Source of the DNA: Buchnera aphidicola str. APS (Acyrthosiphon pisum)
Lineage (GTDB): Bacteria; Pseudomonadota; Gammaproteobacteria; Enterobacterales; Enterobacteriaceae
Assembly: GCF_000009605.1 (NCBI RefSeq)
Contig: NC_002528.1
Coordinates: 120,001-152,000 of the forward strand
DNA: 32,000 nt
Direction: 5' to 3'
The notes beneath the pieces were generated by a model. That model made no database searches and was not told where the DNA came from. It worked only from the letters and a program-made list of their open reading frames with translations. Every line of letters begins with the position of its first letter. The stretch's first letter is position 1. A program made the position numbers and the translations under genes. Shown here piece by piece: positions 9,262 through 19,800 of the stretch.

Positions 9262-10308
9262 ATGAAAAAAACAGATGAACTACGTACAATACGAATTGAT
9301 CCATTAATAACTCCAGCTGAATTAGCAAGGCAGTACGCGATCACTTCAGACATCATGGACACTGTTATCGCAACAAGACAAAATATTGCTCGTATTATGA
9401 CTGGACAAGATGCGCGACTACTTGTTGTAATAGGACCATGTTCAGTTCATGATCCTATCGCAGCAGTAGAATATGCACATCGATTGTATGAATTACGAGT
9501 AAAATATAAAGATCGTCTTGAAATTATAATGCGTACATATTTTGAAAAACCAAGAACAGTTGTTGGATGGAAAGGGCTGATTTCTGATCCAGATTTAAAT
9601 GGTAGTTTTCGAGTTAATCATGGATTAGCCGTAGCACGTAAATTATTATTAGATATTAATGCATTAGGAATGCCTGCAGCAACAGAGTTTCTCGATATAG
9701 TTATAGGACAATTTATAGCAGATTTAATTAGTTGGGGTGCTATTGGAGCAAGAACTACTGAAAGTCAAATTCATAGAGAAATGGCTTCCGCTCTTTCCTG
9801 TCCAGTAGGTTTTAAAAATGGAACTGACGGTAATATACGCATTGCAATTGATGCTATTCGCGCAGCTAAAGTTAGACATTTATTTTTCGCGCCTAATAAA
9901 GATGGTCAAATGACGATTAATCATACCAGTGGCAATCCATATGGGCATATAATCATGCGAGGTGGTCGTGCGCCGAATTACCATCCTGATGATATTAACT
10001 CAGCAGTAAAGCATTTACGTGAATTTGATCTATTAGAACATTTAATGATTGATTTTAGTCACGGTAATTGTTTAAAAGAACATCTTCGTCAAAAAAATGT
10101 TTCTAAGTCTGTTTCATATCAAATTTCTCATGGTTCGAAAGCTATTTTTGGTGTTATGATTGAAAGCTTTTTAGAAGAAGGTTTTCAAACAGTAACGAAT
10201 AATCAACCATTAATATATGGTAAATCGATTACTGATGCCTGTTTAAATTGGAAAGACAGTGTTTTAATTATCGAACAATTAGCAGATGCCGTAGATGCTC
10301 GTTTTTAA
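9262..10308 (+). CDS. aroH: DAHP synthase (3-deoxy-7-phosphoheptulonate synthase), AroH-type
   Basis: 348 aa from the ATG at 9262. MKKTDELRTIRID aligns with the E. coli AroH N-terminus MNRTDELRTARIE, and the length is identical. There are long identical stretches, e.g. RTYFEKPRTVVGWKGLISDPDLNGS and GARTTESQIHREMASALSCPVGFKNGTDGN. The ORF-track GTG at 9202 and the in-frame ATG at 9211 would add an unmatched N-terminal extension. Confidence 0.92.
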   Translation: MKKTDELRTIRIDPLITPAELARQYAITSDIMDTVIATRQNIARIMTGQDARLLVVIGPCSVHDPIAAVEYAHRLYELRVKYKDRLEIIMRTYFEKPRTVVGWKGLISDPDLNGSFRVNHGLAVARKLLLDINALGMPAATEFLDIVIGQFIADLISWGAIGARTTESQIHREMASALSCPVGFKNGTDGNIRIAIDAIRAAKVRHLFFAPNKDGQMTINHTSGNPYGHIIMRGGRAPNYHPDDINSAVKHLREFDLLEHLMIDFSHGNCLKEHLRQKNVSKSVSYQISHGSKAIFGVMIESFLEEGFQTVTNNQPLIYGKSITDACLNWKDSVLIIEQLADAVDARF

Positions 10309-10313
10309 TTCAC

Positions 10314-10346
10314 ATGCTAGTCAAAAACACTTGGCTAGCATTTTTT
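10314..10346 (+). terminator. Rho-independent terminator downstream of aroH
   Basis: An 11-bp stem (10314-10324 ATGCTAGTCAA paired with 10331-10341 TTGGCTAGCAT, one G-U pair) carries a 6-nt loop AAACAC. It is followed directly by TTTTT (10342-10346) and begins 6 nt after the aroH stop. Confidence 0.75.
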
Positions 10347-10459
10347 CAATTTTTAAAATTATTTTTATAGTCAGTATATAAAAAATATATAAGTATTTTT
10401 TTAATGATTGATTTTTTCATAGGAAAAACAATTAATATTTTTAATTAAGGATTAAAAGA

Positions 10460-12388
10460 ATGCCTGTAATAAGATTTTATGATGGAAGTCAGCAGGTGTA
10501 CGAGCATTCTGTTTCATTAATAGAGATTATTAAAAACAAAAAACCTAGTATAATGAAATCTCTTATTGCAATTTCTGTTAATAATCATTTTTCAAATTTA
10601 AATACTTTTATAAGAGAAGATGCTTTTATAGAATTTGTTGATCAAAAAAATTATAAAGCATTGAATATCATTCGATATTCCTGCGCGCAGCTTTTAAGCT
10701 ATGCTATAAAAAATATATGGCCTCTGGCTCAAATTGCTACAAGTAATATTATAGAAGATGGTTTTTATTGTGATATAGATTTTAAAAGAAGTATTTCAGA
10801 AAAAGACTTGATTTTACTAGAAAATCAGATGAAGATGCTCGTAAAACGTGAATATAATATTTTAAATAAACTAATTTCTTATTCTGAAGCTAGAGAAATA
10901 TTTCAAAAATGTTTTGAAAAATATAAAGTTTCTTTAATAGATGAAAATATTAATTGTAATAGTAAAGTTTCTTTATATTATCATGAAAATTATGCAGACA
11001 TTGATATAGGACTACAAGTTTTTAATATAAAATTTTGTAAATATTTTAAATTACAAAAAATTGGAGGTGTTTACTGGAAAAAAAATAAAAATAATAAAAT
11101 GTTACAACGTATTTATGGTACTGCTTGGACTAATAAGCAGGAACTTGATAAACATCTTGATTATTTAAATGAATTAGAAAAAAGAGATCATAGAAAGATT
11201 GGAAAATTTCTTCAATTATATCATATGCAAGAAGAATCTCCAGGTATGATTTTCTGGCATAACAAAGGTTGGATTATTTTTAATGAATTACAAAATTTTG
11301 TTCGAGTTAAACTAAAAGAATATAAATATGAAGAAGTGAAAACACCATTATTGATAGATAAATTAATTTGGAAACAGAGCGGACACTGGGATAATTATAA
11401 AAATGCTATTTTTACTACGTTATCAGAACATCGAGAATATTGTATTAAACCGATGAATTGTCCTGGACATGTACAAATTTTTAATAGTAGATTAAAATCT
11501 TATCGAGACTTACCTATTCGTATGGCAGAATTTGGAAGTTGTCATCGTAATGAACCTTCAGGTTCTTTGCATGGTTTGATGCGAGTACGCAATTTTACTC
11601 AAGATGATGCACATATATTTTGTACTAGAGAACAGGTTCGTTCTGAAATTAACGATTGTATTAAAATGATATATGATTTATATAGCACCTTTCATTTTAA
11701 AAAAATATTAGTGAAACTATCTACTCGTCCAGAAAAACGTATTGGTACTGATTCTTTATGGAATGAATCAGAAAAAGATTTATCTGACATGTTAATAGAA
11801 AATCATTTATCATTTGAATATCAATCGGGAGAAGGTGCTTTCTACGGACCCAAGATCGAATTTATTTTACAAGATTCTTTAGATCGAAATTGGCAATGTG
11901 GGACAATTCAACTTGATTTTTATTTACCATTGCGTTTAAGTTCATTTTATATTAATGAGAAAAATGAAAAAAAAGTGCCTGTAATTATTCACCGAGCTAT
12001 ATTGGGTTCAATAGAACGTTTTATTGGTATACTAATTGAAGAGTGTTCAGGTAATTTACCAACATGGTTATCTCCAGTACAAGTAGTAATAATTAGCATC
12101 ACTGATATTAGTTCAGGATATGTTAAAGAATTATTTAAAAAATTCTCTGACGTTAATATTCGTATAGAATGTGATTTAAGAAATGAAAAAATAGGTTTTA
12201 AAATTCGAGAGCATACACTACGTCGAATTCCTTATATATTAATTTGTGGTGAAAAAGAGAGCAGTTCTAAAAAAATATCTGTTCGCAACAGACAAGGTCA
12301 TAACTTTGGAATGATCGATGTTGATTTTTTTATTAAAAAGTTGCAAAAGGAAATAATCACTCGTAACTTTTATCAAATGGAGGAATAA
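10460..12388 (+). CDS. thrS: Threonyl-tRNA synthetase
   Basis: 642 aa, the same length as the E. coli enzyme and collinear with it. The catalytic core is highly conserved (CIKPMNCPGHVQIF, FGSCHRNEPSGSLHGLMRVRNFTQDDAHIFC, HRAILGSIERFIGIL). The SD AAGGA is upstream. Confidence 0.96.
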   Translation: MPVIRFYDGSQQVYEHSVSLIEIIKNKKPSIMKSLIAISVNNHFSNLNTFIREDAFIEFVDQKNYKALNIIRYSCAQLLSYAIKNIWPLAQIATSNIIEDGFYCDIDFKRSISEKDLILLENQMKMLVKREYNILNKLISYSEAREIFQKCFEKYKVSLIDENINCNSKVSLYYHENYADIDIGLQVFNIKFCKYFKLQKIGGVYWKKNKNNKMLQRIYGTAWTNKQELDKHLDYLNELEKRDHRKIGKFLQLYHMQEESPGMIFWHNKGWIIFNELQNFVRVKLKEYKYEEVKTPLLIDKLIWKQSGHWDNYKNAIFTTLSEHREYCIKPMNCPGHVQIFNSRLKSYRDLPIRMAEFGSCHRNEPSGSLHGLMRVRNFTQDDAHIFCTREQVRSEINDCIKMIYDLYSTFHFKKILVKLSTRPEKRIGTDSLWNESEKDLSDMLIENHLSFEYQSGEGAFYGPKIEFILQDSLDRNWQCGTIQLDFYLPLRLSSFYINEKNEKKVPVIIHRAILGSIERFIGILIEECSGNLPTWLSPVQVVIISITDISSGYVKELFKKFSDVNIRIECDLRNEKIGFKIREHTLRRIPYILICGEKESSSKKISVRNRQGHNFGMIDVDFFIKKLQKEIITRNFYQMEE

Positions 12389-12391
12389 AGT

Positions 12392-12931
12392 ATTAAAGGT
12401 GGAAAAATAGTTCAATTAACACGTCCTAATCGTATTAATAGTGAAATACGTGCGATAAAAGTTCGTCTTACGGGCGTCGAAGGCGATCAAATTGGGATAG
12501 TTAATTTACGTGAAGCTTTAAAAAAATCTGAGGAATTAGGATTGGATTTAGTTGAAATTAGTCCAAATGCTGAACCACCCGTTTGTCGTATTATGGATTA
12601 TGGTAAATTTCTTTACGAAAAAAGTAAATCATCTAAGGAACAGAAAAAAAAACAAAAAGTTATTCACATAAAAGAAATAAAATTTCGCCCTGGAACTGAT
12701 GAAGGTGACTATCAAGTTAAATTGCGCAATTTAATACGTTTTTTAGAAGATGGTGATAAAGCTAAAATTACTCTACGATTTAGAGGTCGTGAAATGGCAC
12801 ATCAAAAAATTGGAGTCGATGTGTTAAATAGAGTGAAAAATGATTTGATTGAATTAGCAACTGTGGAATACTTTCCATCTAAAATTGAAGGTCGACAAAT
12901 GATAATGATTTTAGCACCTAAGAAGAAGTAG
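12392..12931 (+). CDS. infC: Translation initiation factor IF-3, with an ATT start codon
   Basis: From ATT 12392 the frame reads [73 protein letters not shown].., collinear with E. coli IF3 from residue 1 (MKGGKRVQTARPNRING..). The SD GGAGGA (12379-12384) is 7 nt upstream. The ORF track only reports from the internal TTG at 12542. Confidence 0.9.
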   Translation: MKGGKIVQLTRPNRINSEIRAIKVRLTGVEGDQIGIVNLREALKKSEELGLDLVEISPNAEPPVCRIMDYGKFLYEKSKSSKEQKKKQKVIHIKEIKFRPGTDEGDYQVKLRNLIRFLEDGDKAKITLRFRGREMAHQKIGVDVLNRVKNDLIELATVEYFPSKIEGRQMIMILAPKKK

Positions 12932-13017
12932 TAATTTTTAATTAAATTTTTTATCATTAATGTATCCATTATTTAAACAATTCTTTACATTTTTTTATAA
13001 TTTAAATGAAATAGTCT

Positions 13018-13215
13018 ATGCCAAAAATTAAAACTTTAAAAAGTGCAGCTAAACGTTTTAAAATAACTGCCTCTGGTAAATTTAAACGTAAACAAGCAAA
13101 TTTACGTCATATTTTAACGAAAAAAACTACAACTAAAAAACGTCATCTTCGTCCTAAGATTTTAGTGTCTACAGGAGATATGGATAGAGTTAAATCTTTT
13201 TTACCATATGCGTAA
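13018..13215 (+). CDS. rpmI: 50S ribosomal protein L35
   Basis: 65 aa, [36 protein letters not shown].. It sits in the conserved position after infC. Confidence 0.95.
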   Translation: MPKIKTLKSAAKRFKITASGKFKRKQANLRHILTKKTTTKKRHLRPKILVSTGDMDRVKSFLPYA

Positions 13216-13257
13216 ATTAACTTATTTTATTAAGATTTTACGAATAGGAGAGCATAA

Positions 13258-13614
13258 ATGGCTCGTATAAAACGTGGTGTAATTGCCCACGCTCGTCATA
13301 AAAAAATCTTAAAACAAGCAAAAGGCTACTATGGAGCTCGTTCTCGTATTTACAGGGTGGCACATCAAGCAGTAATTAAAGCTGGTCAATATGCTTATCG
13401 TGATAGAAGACAACGAAAACGACAATTTCGTCAGTTATGGATTTCACGTATTAATGCCGCTGTTCGTCAAAGTAAAATGTCTTATAGTAATTTTATTTTT
13501 GGTTTAAAAAAAGCTTCAATTAATATTGATCGAAAAATATTATCTGATATTGCTATATTTGATTTGCTTTCATTTAATGCATTAGTTAAAAAAGCAAAAG
13601 AAGCTTTGTTGTAA
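13258..13614 (+). CDS. rplT: 50S ribosomal protein L20
   Basis: 118 aa, [45 protein letters not shown].. The SD AGGAG is upstream. Confidence 0.96.
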   Translation: MARIKRGVIAHARHKKILKQAKGYYGARSRIYRVAHQAVIKAGQYAYRDRRQRKRQFRQLWISRINAAVRQSKMSYSNFIFGLKKASINIDRKILSDIAIFDLLSFNALVKKAKEALL

Positions 13615-13638
13615 ATATAAAATTTTAATACATAATAA

Positions 13639-13661
13639 GAGGGGAAAATTAATCTCCCCTC
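13639..13661 (+). terminator. GC-rich hairpin 25 nt after the rplT stop (possible rplT terminator or processing/attenuator element)
   Basis: GAGGGGA (13639-13645) pairs with TCCCCTC (13655-13661) around a 9-nt loop. G/C runs like this are rare in this window. There is no clear U-tract after it, so a terminator function is uncertain. Confidence 0.4.
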
Positions 13662-13691
13662 CATTCTAAAAATATTAACAATACTAAATAA

Positions 13692-13721
13692 AATTTTTTT
13701 TATTTTTCCATTTTAGAATAG
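13692..13721 (+). promoter_or_regulatory. Phe-codon-rich stretch lacking a start codon (possible relic of the pheM leader peptide)
   Basis: One frame reads AAT TTT TTT TAT TTT TCC ATT TTA GAA TAG (NFFYFSILE*) and is immediately preceded by TAA. A second frame reads IFFIFPF*. E. coli pheM ([14 protein letters not shown]) occupies the equivalent rplT-pheS slot. Confidence 0.3.
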
Positions 13722-13734
13722 TTAATTTTAAAAT

Positions 13735-13758
13735 AAGCTTCCTGTATGGAAGCTTTTT
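13735..13758 (+). terminator. Intrinsic-terminator-like hairpin just upstream of pheS (attenuator position)
   Basis: AAGCTTCC (13735-13742) pairs with GGAAGCTT (13748-13755) around the 5-nt loop TGTAT, and is followed by TTT (13756-13758). It ends about 50 nt before the pheS ATG. Confidence 0.5.
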
Positions 13759-13808
13759 AGTATGTTTAATATATTAAACATAATTAAAACCCAAAAAAAG
13801 CGTGTAAA

Positions 13809-14798
13809 ATGTTAAATTTAAATAAATTATTTGAAATTATAGAAATAGATATACAAAATTCAAAAAAAATTTCCGAACTAGATAAAATTCGTATTAAATA
13901 TTTAGGAAAGAAGGGTGTCTTAACTGCTTTTATGAAGAAGTTAAAAGATTTTTCTTATGAAGATAAAAAGAAACACAGTATTATTATTAATAAAAAAAAA
14001 CAAGAAATTATTAGTAAAATAAATATAAAAAAACAAAAACTCAGCGTGTATATCTTAGAACAGCGTATTAAATCAGAAACTATTGATATATCTTTACCTG
14101 GACGTCGTACTGAACATGGTGGTTTTCACCCTATAACAAATACTATTGATTATATAAAGAATTTTTTTTTAAAATTAGGATTCCAATCAATAAATAGTCC
14201 TGAAATAGAAGATGAATATCATAATTTTGATGCTTTAAACATTTCTAAATATCATCCAGCTAGAGATAGTCATGATACTTTTTGGTTTGATCGTAATCGA
14301 TTGTTAAGAACGCAAACTTCTAGTATGCAAATTCGCATTATGAAACAAGAAAAACCTCCAATTAGATTTATTTTCCCCGGAAAAGTATATCGTAATGATT
14401 ACGATATTACACATACACCTATGTTTCATCAGATTGAAGGGTTAATAGTTGACAAAAATATTAATTTTTCTAATTTAAAATGGATTATATATAAATTTTT
14501 ATACGACTTTTTTGGAAAAGAGGTTTTGATTAAATTTCGTCCATCGTACTTTCCTTTTACTGTACCTTCTGCAGAAGTGGATATCATTGATCATAATGGA
14601 AAATCCTTAGAAATATTAGGATGTGGCATGGTACATCCTAATGTTTTAAAAAATGTTAATATTGATTCAAAAATATATTCTGCCTGTGCTTTTGGATTAG
14701 GAATTGAAAGAATTGCAATGTTGCGTTATGGAATAACTGATATTCGATCTTTTTTTGAAAACGATATAAGATTTTTAAAACAATTTAAATATAATTAG
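13809..14798 (+). CDS. pheS: Phenylalanyl-tRNA synthetase alpha subunit
   Basis: 329 aa. Class II motifs are present (FWFDRNRLLRTQTSSMQIR, FPGKVYRNDYDITHTPMFHQIEG, GCGMVHPNVL, AFGLGIERIAMLRYG). Confidence 0.96.
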   Translation: MLNLNKLFEIIEIDIQNSKKISELDKIRIKYLGKKGVLTAFMKKLKDFSYEDKKKHSIIINKKKQEIISKINIKKQKLSVYILEQRIKSETIDISLPGRRTEHGGFHPITNTIDYIKNFFLKLGFQSINSPEIEDEYHNFDALNISKYHPARDSHDTFWFDRNRLLRTQTSSMQIRIMKQEKPPIRFIFPGKVYRNDYDITHTPMFHQIEGLIVDKNINFSNLKWIIYKFLYDFFGKEVLIKFRPSYFPFTVPSAEVDIIDHNGKSLEILGCGMVHPNVLKNVNIDSKIYSACAFGLGIERIAMLRYGITDIRSFFENDIRFLKQFKYN

Positions 14799-14807
14799 TG
14801 AGACAAA

Positions 14808-17195
14808 ATGAAATTTAGCGAAAAATGGTTGCGTGAATGGATTGATCCACAAGTTAGTAGTAAGATTTTACATGAACAAATTTCTAATTCTGGTATTGAA
14901 GTAGAACATGTTGAGAATTTTAAATCTGAATTTCATGGTGTTGTAGTTGGTAAAATAGTGCAATGTACTTTTCATAATGAATCTAATAATTTAAAAGTAC
15001 TTAAAGTAGATATAGGCAAAAAAAAATTATTAAATATTATATGCGGTGCATCTAATTGTCGTAATGGTATAAAGGTTGCAGTAGCTACTGTTGGCGCTAC
15101 TTTACCAAAAAATATTACTATTAATAAGAAAATTTTAAAAGGAGCATGGTCTGAAGGTATGTTATGTTCTTTTTTTGAATTAGGCCTGTTTTTAAATGAT
15201 AATAAAATTATCGAATTTCCTAAAGAAACGTTGGTAGGTATTAATGTTTATGATTATTTTTTATTAGAAGATAATATTATTAAAGTTTCTATTACATCAA
15301 ATCGTCCAGATGGCTTAAGTATTTTAGGATTATCTCGTAATATAGCTGCTATTAATGATTTAAGAATATCACCTTTAAAAAATCGCTTAGTTCCTGCAGT
15401 TATTCAAAAAAAAATTAATATTGATATTCAAGCTGATAAAGAATGTATGAATTTTTTTGGTAGAATTATAGAAAACATCAATATAAATGTTGATACTCCT
15501 TTTTGGATGAAAAAAAAATTATTTTTTTCTAACGTTTTGTCAGAAAATATTATAACTAATATTATTCATTATGTATTAATTGAACTGGGACAACCATTGA
15601 ATATATTGGATGCAGATAATATTAATGATTCTATTATAGTGCGCATGGCAAGGCATGAAGAGGATTTATTTTTAAAAAATAATATAAAAATAAGTTTAAA
15701 TGAAAATATATTAGTTTTTTCTGATTCAAATAAAATATTATCTCTCCCTGGAAATATTAATTCTAATATTGTTGATGTCGATAAAAATACTAAAAATATA
15801 TTTCTTAGTTCATATTTGATTAATAGAAAATATATTTCTTATATTATAAAAAAAATGAATATGAATACAGTATTAGAATATCACTATTATGGTGTTGATC
15901 CTTTCCTTCAAAATTATGCTATTGAGTATGCAACTGATTTGATTTTAAAAATCTGTGGTGGTGTTCCTGGTCCTATCAATGAGAAAAAATGTAATTTTCA
16001 GATCCACAAAAATAATACAATAAGATTACATCATGAAAGATTAAACAAAATAATTGGTTTTTTTATTGATACAAGTGTTATTTCAAAAATTTTATATAGA
16101 CTCGATTATCAATTGAAATTTCAAAAAACATTTTGGGACGTTATTTCTCCTAGTTGGAGATTCGACATATTAATTGAAGAAGATGTAATCGGTGATATTC
16201 TGCGAATATACGAGTATAATAATGTTCATTTAATACCATTAAAAGAGTTTTTGAACTGTAGTAAAAAAAATGAACTAACAGATTCCTTATTAAAAAAATC
16301 TGCTGTGATATTAATTAATCAAGGTTATCATGAAGTTATAAATTATGGTTTTATTGATCCTAAAATACAAAATTTAATTTTCCCAAACGAAGAAAATTTG
16401 TTATTATCTAATCCTATTTCTCAAGATATGTCATGTATGCGTTTATCTTTGTGGCCTGGTTTGCTTAAAAATATTTCTTATAATAAAAATCGTCAGCAAA
16501 AAAGTATCCGTATTTTTGAAAGTGGACTCTGTTTTTCAATAGATAAAAGAGAAAATCTTGGCATCAGACAAGAAATTTTTTTAGCAGCAGCAATTAGTGG
16601 GAATTATATTAAAGAAAATTGGTATTATAACATAAGAAAAATGGATTTTTATGATTTAAAAGGTGATTTAGAATCTATATTAGAATCAATATGTCAATTA
16701 AATGAGATAGAATTTCGACGTAAAAAAATACATGGATTGCATCCAGAACAAAGTGCATCTATATATTTTAGAAATTATTTAATTGGTAGTATTGGAGCAA
16801 TTGATCCAAGGTTAGAAAAAGCATTAAATGTATCTAGCACTACATTTTTATTTGAAATATCATTAAATAATTTTTCAGATATTAAACCATTAAAAGTTGA
16901 AGAGATTTCAAAATTTCCAACTGTTCGACGCGATATTGCAATATTAATATCAGAAGAAATCGCAGCTTATAATGTTATAGAGCAGTGTAAAATATTTTTT
17001 ATAAATGAAAAAGTAGAAATTAATTTATTTGATATATATGCTTATAAAGAATCGCATAATCATAAGAAAAGTTTGGGTATTAGTTTTATTTTTCAAAATA
17101 AAAAAAGAACTTTTCAAGATAATGAAATTAATTTAATGATAGATGATTGTATAGGAGTACTACAGAAAAAATTTCAAGCCGTTTTAAGGAAATAA
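14808..17195 (+). CDS. pheT: Phenylalanyl-tRNA synthetase beta subunit
   Basis: 795 aa, the same length as E. coli Phe[15 protein letters not shown] matches MKFSELWLREWVNP. The tRNA-binding, B3/4, B5 and FDX-ACB regions are collinear. Confidence 0.95.
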   Translation: MKFSEKWLREWIDPQVSSKILHEQISNSGIEVEHVENFKSEFHGVVVGKIVQCTFHNESNNLKVLKVDIGKKKLLNIICGASNCRNGIKVAVATVGATLPKNITINKKILKGAWSEGMLCSFFELGLFLNDNKIIEFPKETLVGINVYDYFLLEDNIIKVSITSNRPDGLSILGLSRNIAAINDLRISPLKNRLVPAVIQKKINIDIQADKECMNFFGRIIENININVDTPFWMKKKLFFSNVLSENIITNIIHYVLIELGQPLNILDADNINDSIIVRMARHEEDLFLKNNIKISLNENILVFSDSNKILSLPGNINSNIVDVDKNTKNIFLSSYLINRKYISYIIKKMNMNTVLEYHYYGVDPFLQNYAIEYATDLILKICGGVPGPINEKKCNFQIHKNNTIRLHHERLNKIIGFFIDTSVISKILYRLDYQLKFQKTFWDVISPSWRFDILIEEDVIGDILRIYEYNNVHLIPLKEFLNCSKKNELTDSLLKKSAVILINQGYHEVINYGFIDPKIQNLIFPNEENLLLSNPISQDMSCMRLSLWPGLLKNISYNKNRQQKSIRIFESGLCFSIDKRENLGIRQEIFLAAAISGNYIKENWYYNIRKMDFYDLKGDLESILESICQLNEIEFRRKKIHGLHPEQSASIYFRNYLIGSIGAIDPRLEKALNVSSTTFLFEISLNNFSDIKPLKVEEISKFPTVRRDIAILISEEIAAYNVIEQCKIFFINEKVEINLFDIYAYKESHNHKKSLGISFIFQNKKRTFQDNEINLMIDDCIGVLQKKFQAVLRK

Positions 17196-17199
17196 ACCT

Positions 17200-17508
17200 A
17201 TGGTGCTTACAAAAGCTGCTATTTCAGAAAATTTATTTGAGAAATTGCAATTAACTAAAAAAGAATCAAAAGAATTCGTGGAATTTTTTTTTGAAGAAGT
17301 TAGGAAATCTCTAGAAAAAGGAGAAGCTGTTAAACTATCTGGATTTGGAAATTTTCAAATAAAGAAAAAAAAAGCTCGTCCTGGTAGAAACCCTAGAACA
17401 GGAGAAATTTTTCTTATAACAGCTAGACGAGTAGTTACTTTTAAAGCCGGTCAAAAACTAAAAAATAAAATTAACAATTATTTAATAAAAAAAAATAACA
17501 ATTTCTAA
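17200..17508 (+). CDS. ihfA: Integration host factor alpha subunit
   Basis: 102 aa. [45 protein letters not shown] matches E. coli IhfA. It occupies the conserved position after pheT. Confidence 0.94.
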   Translation: MVLTKAAISENLFEKLQLTKKESKEFVEFFFEEVRKSLEKGEAVKLSGFGNFQIKKKKARPGRNPRTGEIFLITARRVVTFKAGQKLKNKINNYLIKKNNNF

Positions 17509-17549
17509 TTGTATTAGAATAATTTTTTCTTTTTAAAAAGAAGTAAAGC

Positions 17550-18623
17550 ATGCAACTTTCTGATTTTTCTTTTGATTTGCCAAAATCACTTATATCTTTT
17601 CATCCTTATTTTATTCGTAGTACATGTCGTTTAATGGTTATGTATGGACATACCGGAATGATATTCCATAAACGATTTTTCAATATTATTGATGAAATTA
17701 ACTCTGGTGATCTAATTATTTTAAATAATACTCAAGTGATTCCAGCTCGTTTTTTTGGAAAAAAAGAAAGCGGAGGTAAAGTTGAAGTTTTGGTTGAAAA
17801 AATATTAGGTATTAATAATATATTGGCAAGTATTAAAAATTCTAAAAATATCAATATTGGCAGTAAAATTTTTTTTGGATATAAAGACAAAATTAAAGGT
17901 TCTGTTGTGGATTGTAAAAATTCTTTTTTTGAAATTTTTTTTCATGACAATATTGATTCAGCTATTGATATTATTAATAATATAGGCGAAATTCCTCTGC
18001 CTCCTTATATTAAAAGATTTCGAAATAAACTGGATGTTGATTTATATCAAACTGTATATAAAAAAAAAACAGGTTCTATTGCTGCACCTACTGCTGGATT
18101 GCATTTTGACTTACCTTTGTTAGAGGCATTACACAATAAAGGTGTAGATATAGATTATATAACTCTTCATATAGGTTCTGGTACATTTCAACCTATTAGA
18201 AGAGTTCAAATCGAAGAACATATTATGCATTCTGAATCAGTTGAAGTGTCTTCCTCAGTTATTCAAAAGATCAAATCTTGCAAAAAAAAAGGTGGTCGTA
18301 TTATTGCAGTTGGTACAAGTACACTTCGTGCTCTAGAAAGTGCATATCACTCTTCTGAATGGAGTGATAGCCAAGATTTTATTAGTGATACTAATATTTT
18401 TATATATCCTGGTTATAAACATAATATTGTCGATGCATTAATTACTAATTTTCATTTTCCTGAATCAACCTTAATTATGCTGGTTTGTTCTTTTCTAGGG
18501 TATAAAAATACAATGAATGCTTACAATACAGCAATAGTAAATAAATATAGTTTTTTTAGTTATGGTGATGCTATGTATATCACTCATAATAAATTAGCTC
18601 CCTATGAAAATTTTATAATCTAG
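17550..18623 (+). CDS. queA: S-adenosylmethionine:tRNA ribosyltransferase-isomerase
   Basis: 357 aa. [19 protein letters not shown] matches E. coli MRVTDFSFELPESLIAHYP. The motifs [12 protein letters not shown] and [12 protein letters not shown] are present. Confidence 0.94.
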   Translation: MQLSDFSFDLPKSLISFHPYFIRSTCRLMVMYGHTGMIFHKRFFNIIDEINSGDLIILNNTQVIPARFFGKKESGGKVEVLVEKILGINNILASIKNSKNINIGSKIFFGYKDKIKGSVVDCKNSFFEIFFHDNIDSAIDIINNIGEIPLPPYIKRFRNKLDVDLYQTVYKKKTGSIAAPTAGLHFDLPLLEALHNKGVDIDYITLHIGSGTFQPIRRVQIEEHIMHSESVEVSSSVIQKIKSCKKKGGRIIAVGTSTLRALESAYHSSEWSDSQDFISDTNIFIYPGYKHNIVDALITNFHFPESTLIMLVCSFLGYKNTMNAYNTAIVNKYSFFSYGDAMYITHNKLAPYENFII

Positions 18624-18645
18624 TATGCTTTAAAAAAAAATATAA

Positions 18646-19776
<1,131 letters not shown>

Positions 19777-19800
19777 AAAGATAGTTTACAGGAGAAATAT

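Noticed and set aside
15988-15998. A DnaA-box-like sequence (gATCCACAa) inside pheT.
   Set aside because: It is a single partial match (7/9) within a coding region, with no cluster of boxes or AT-rich unwinding element nearby.
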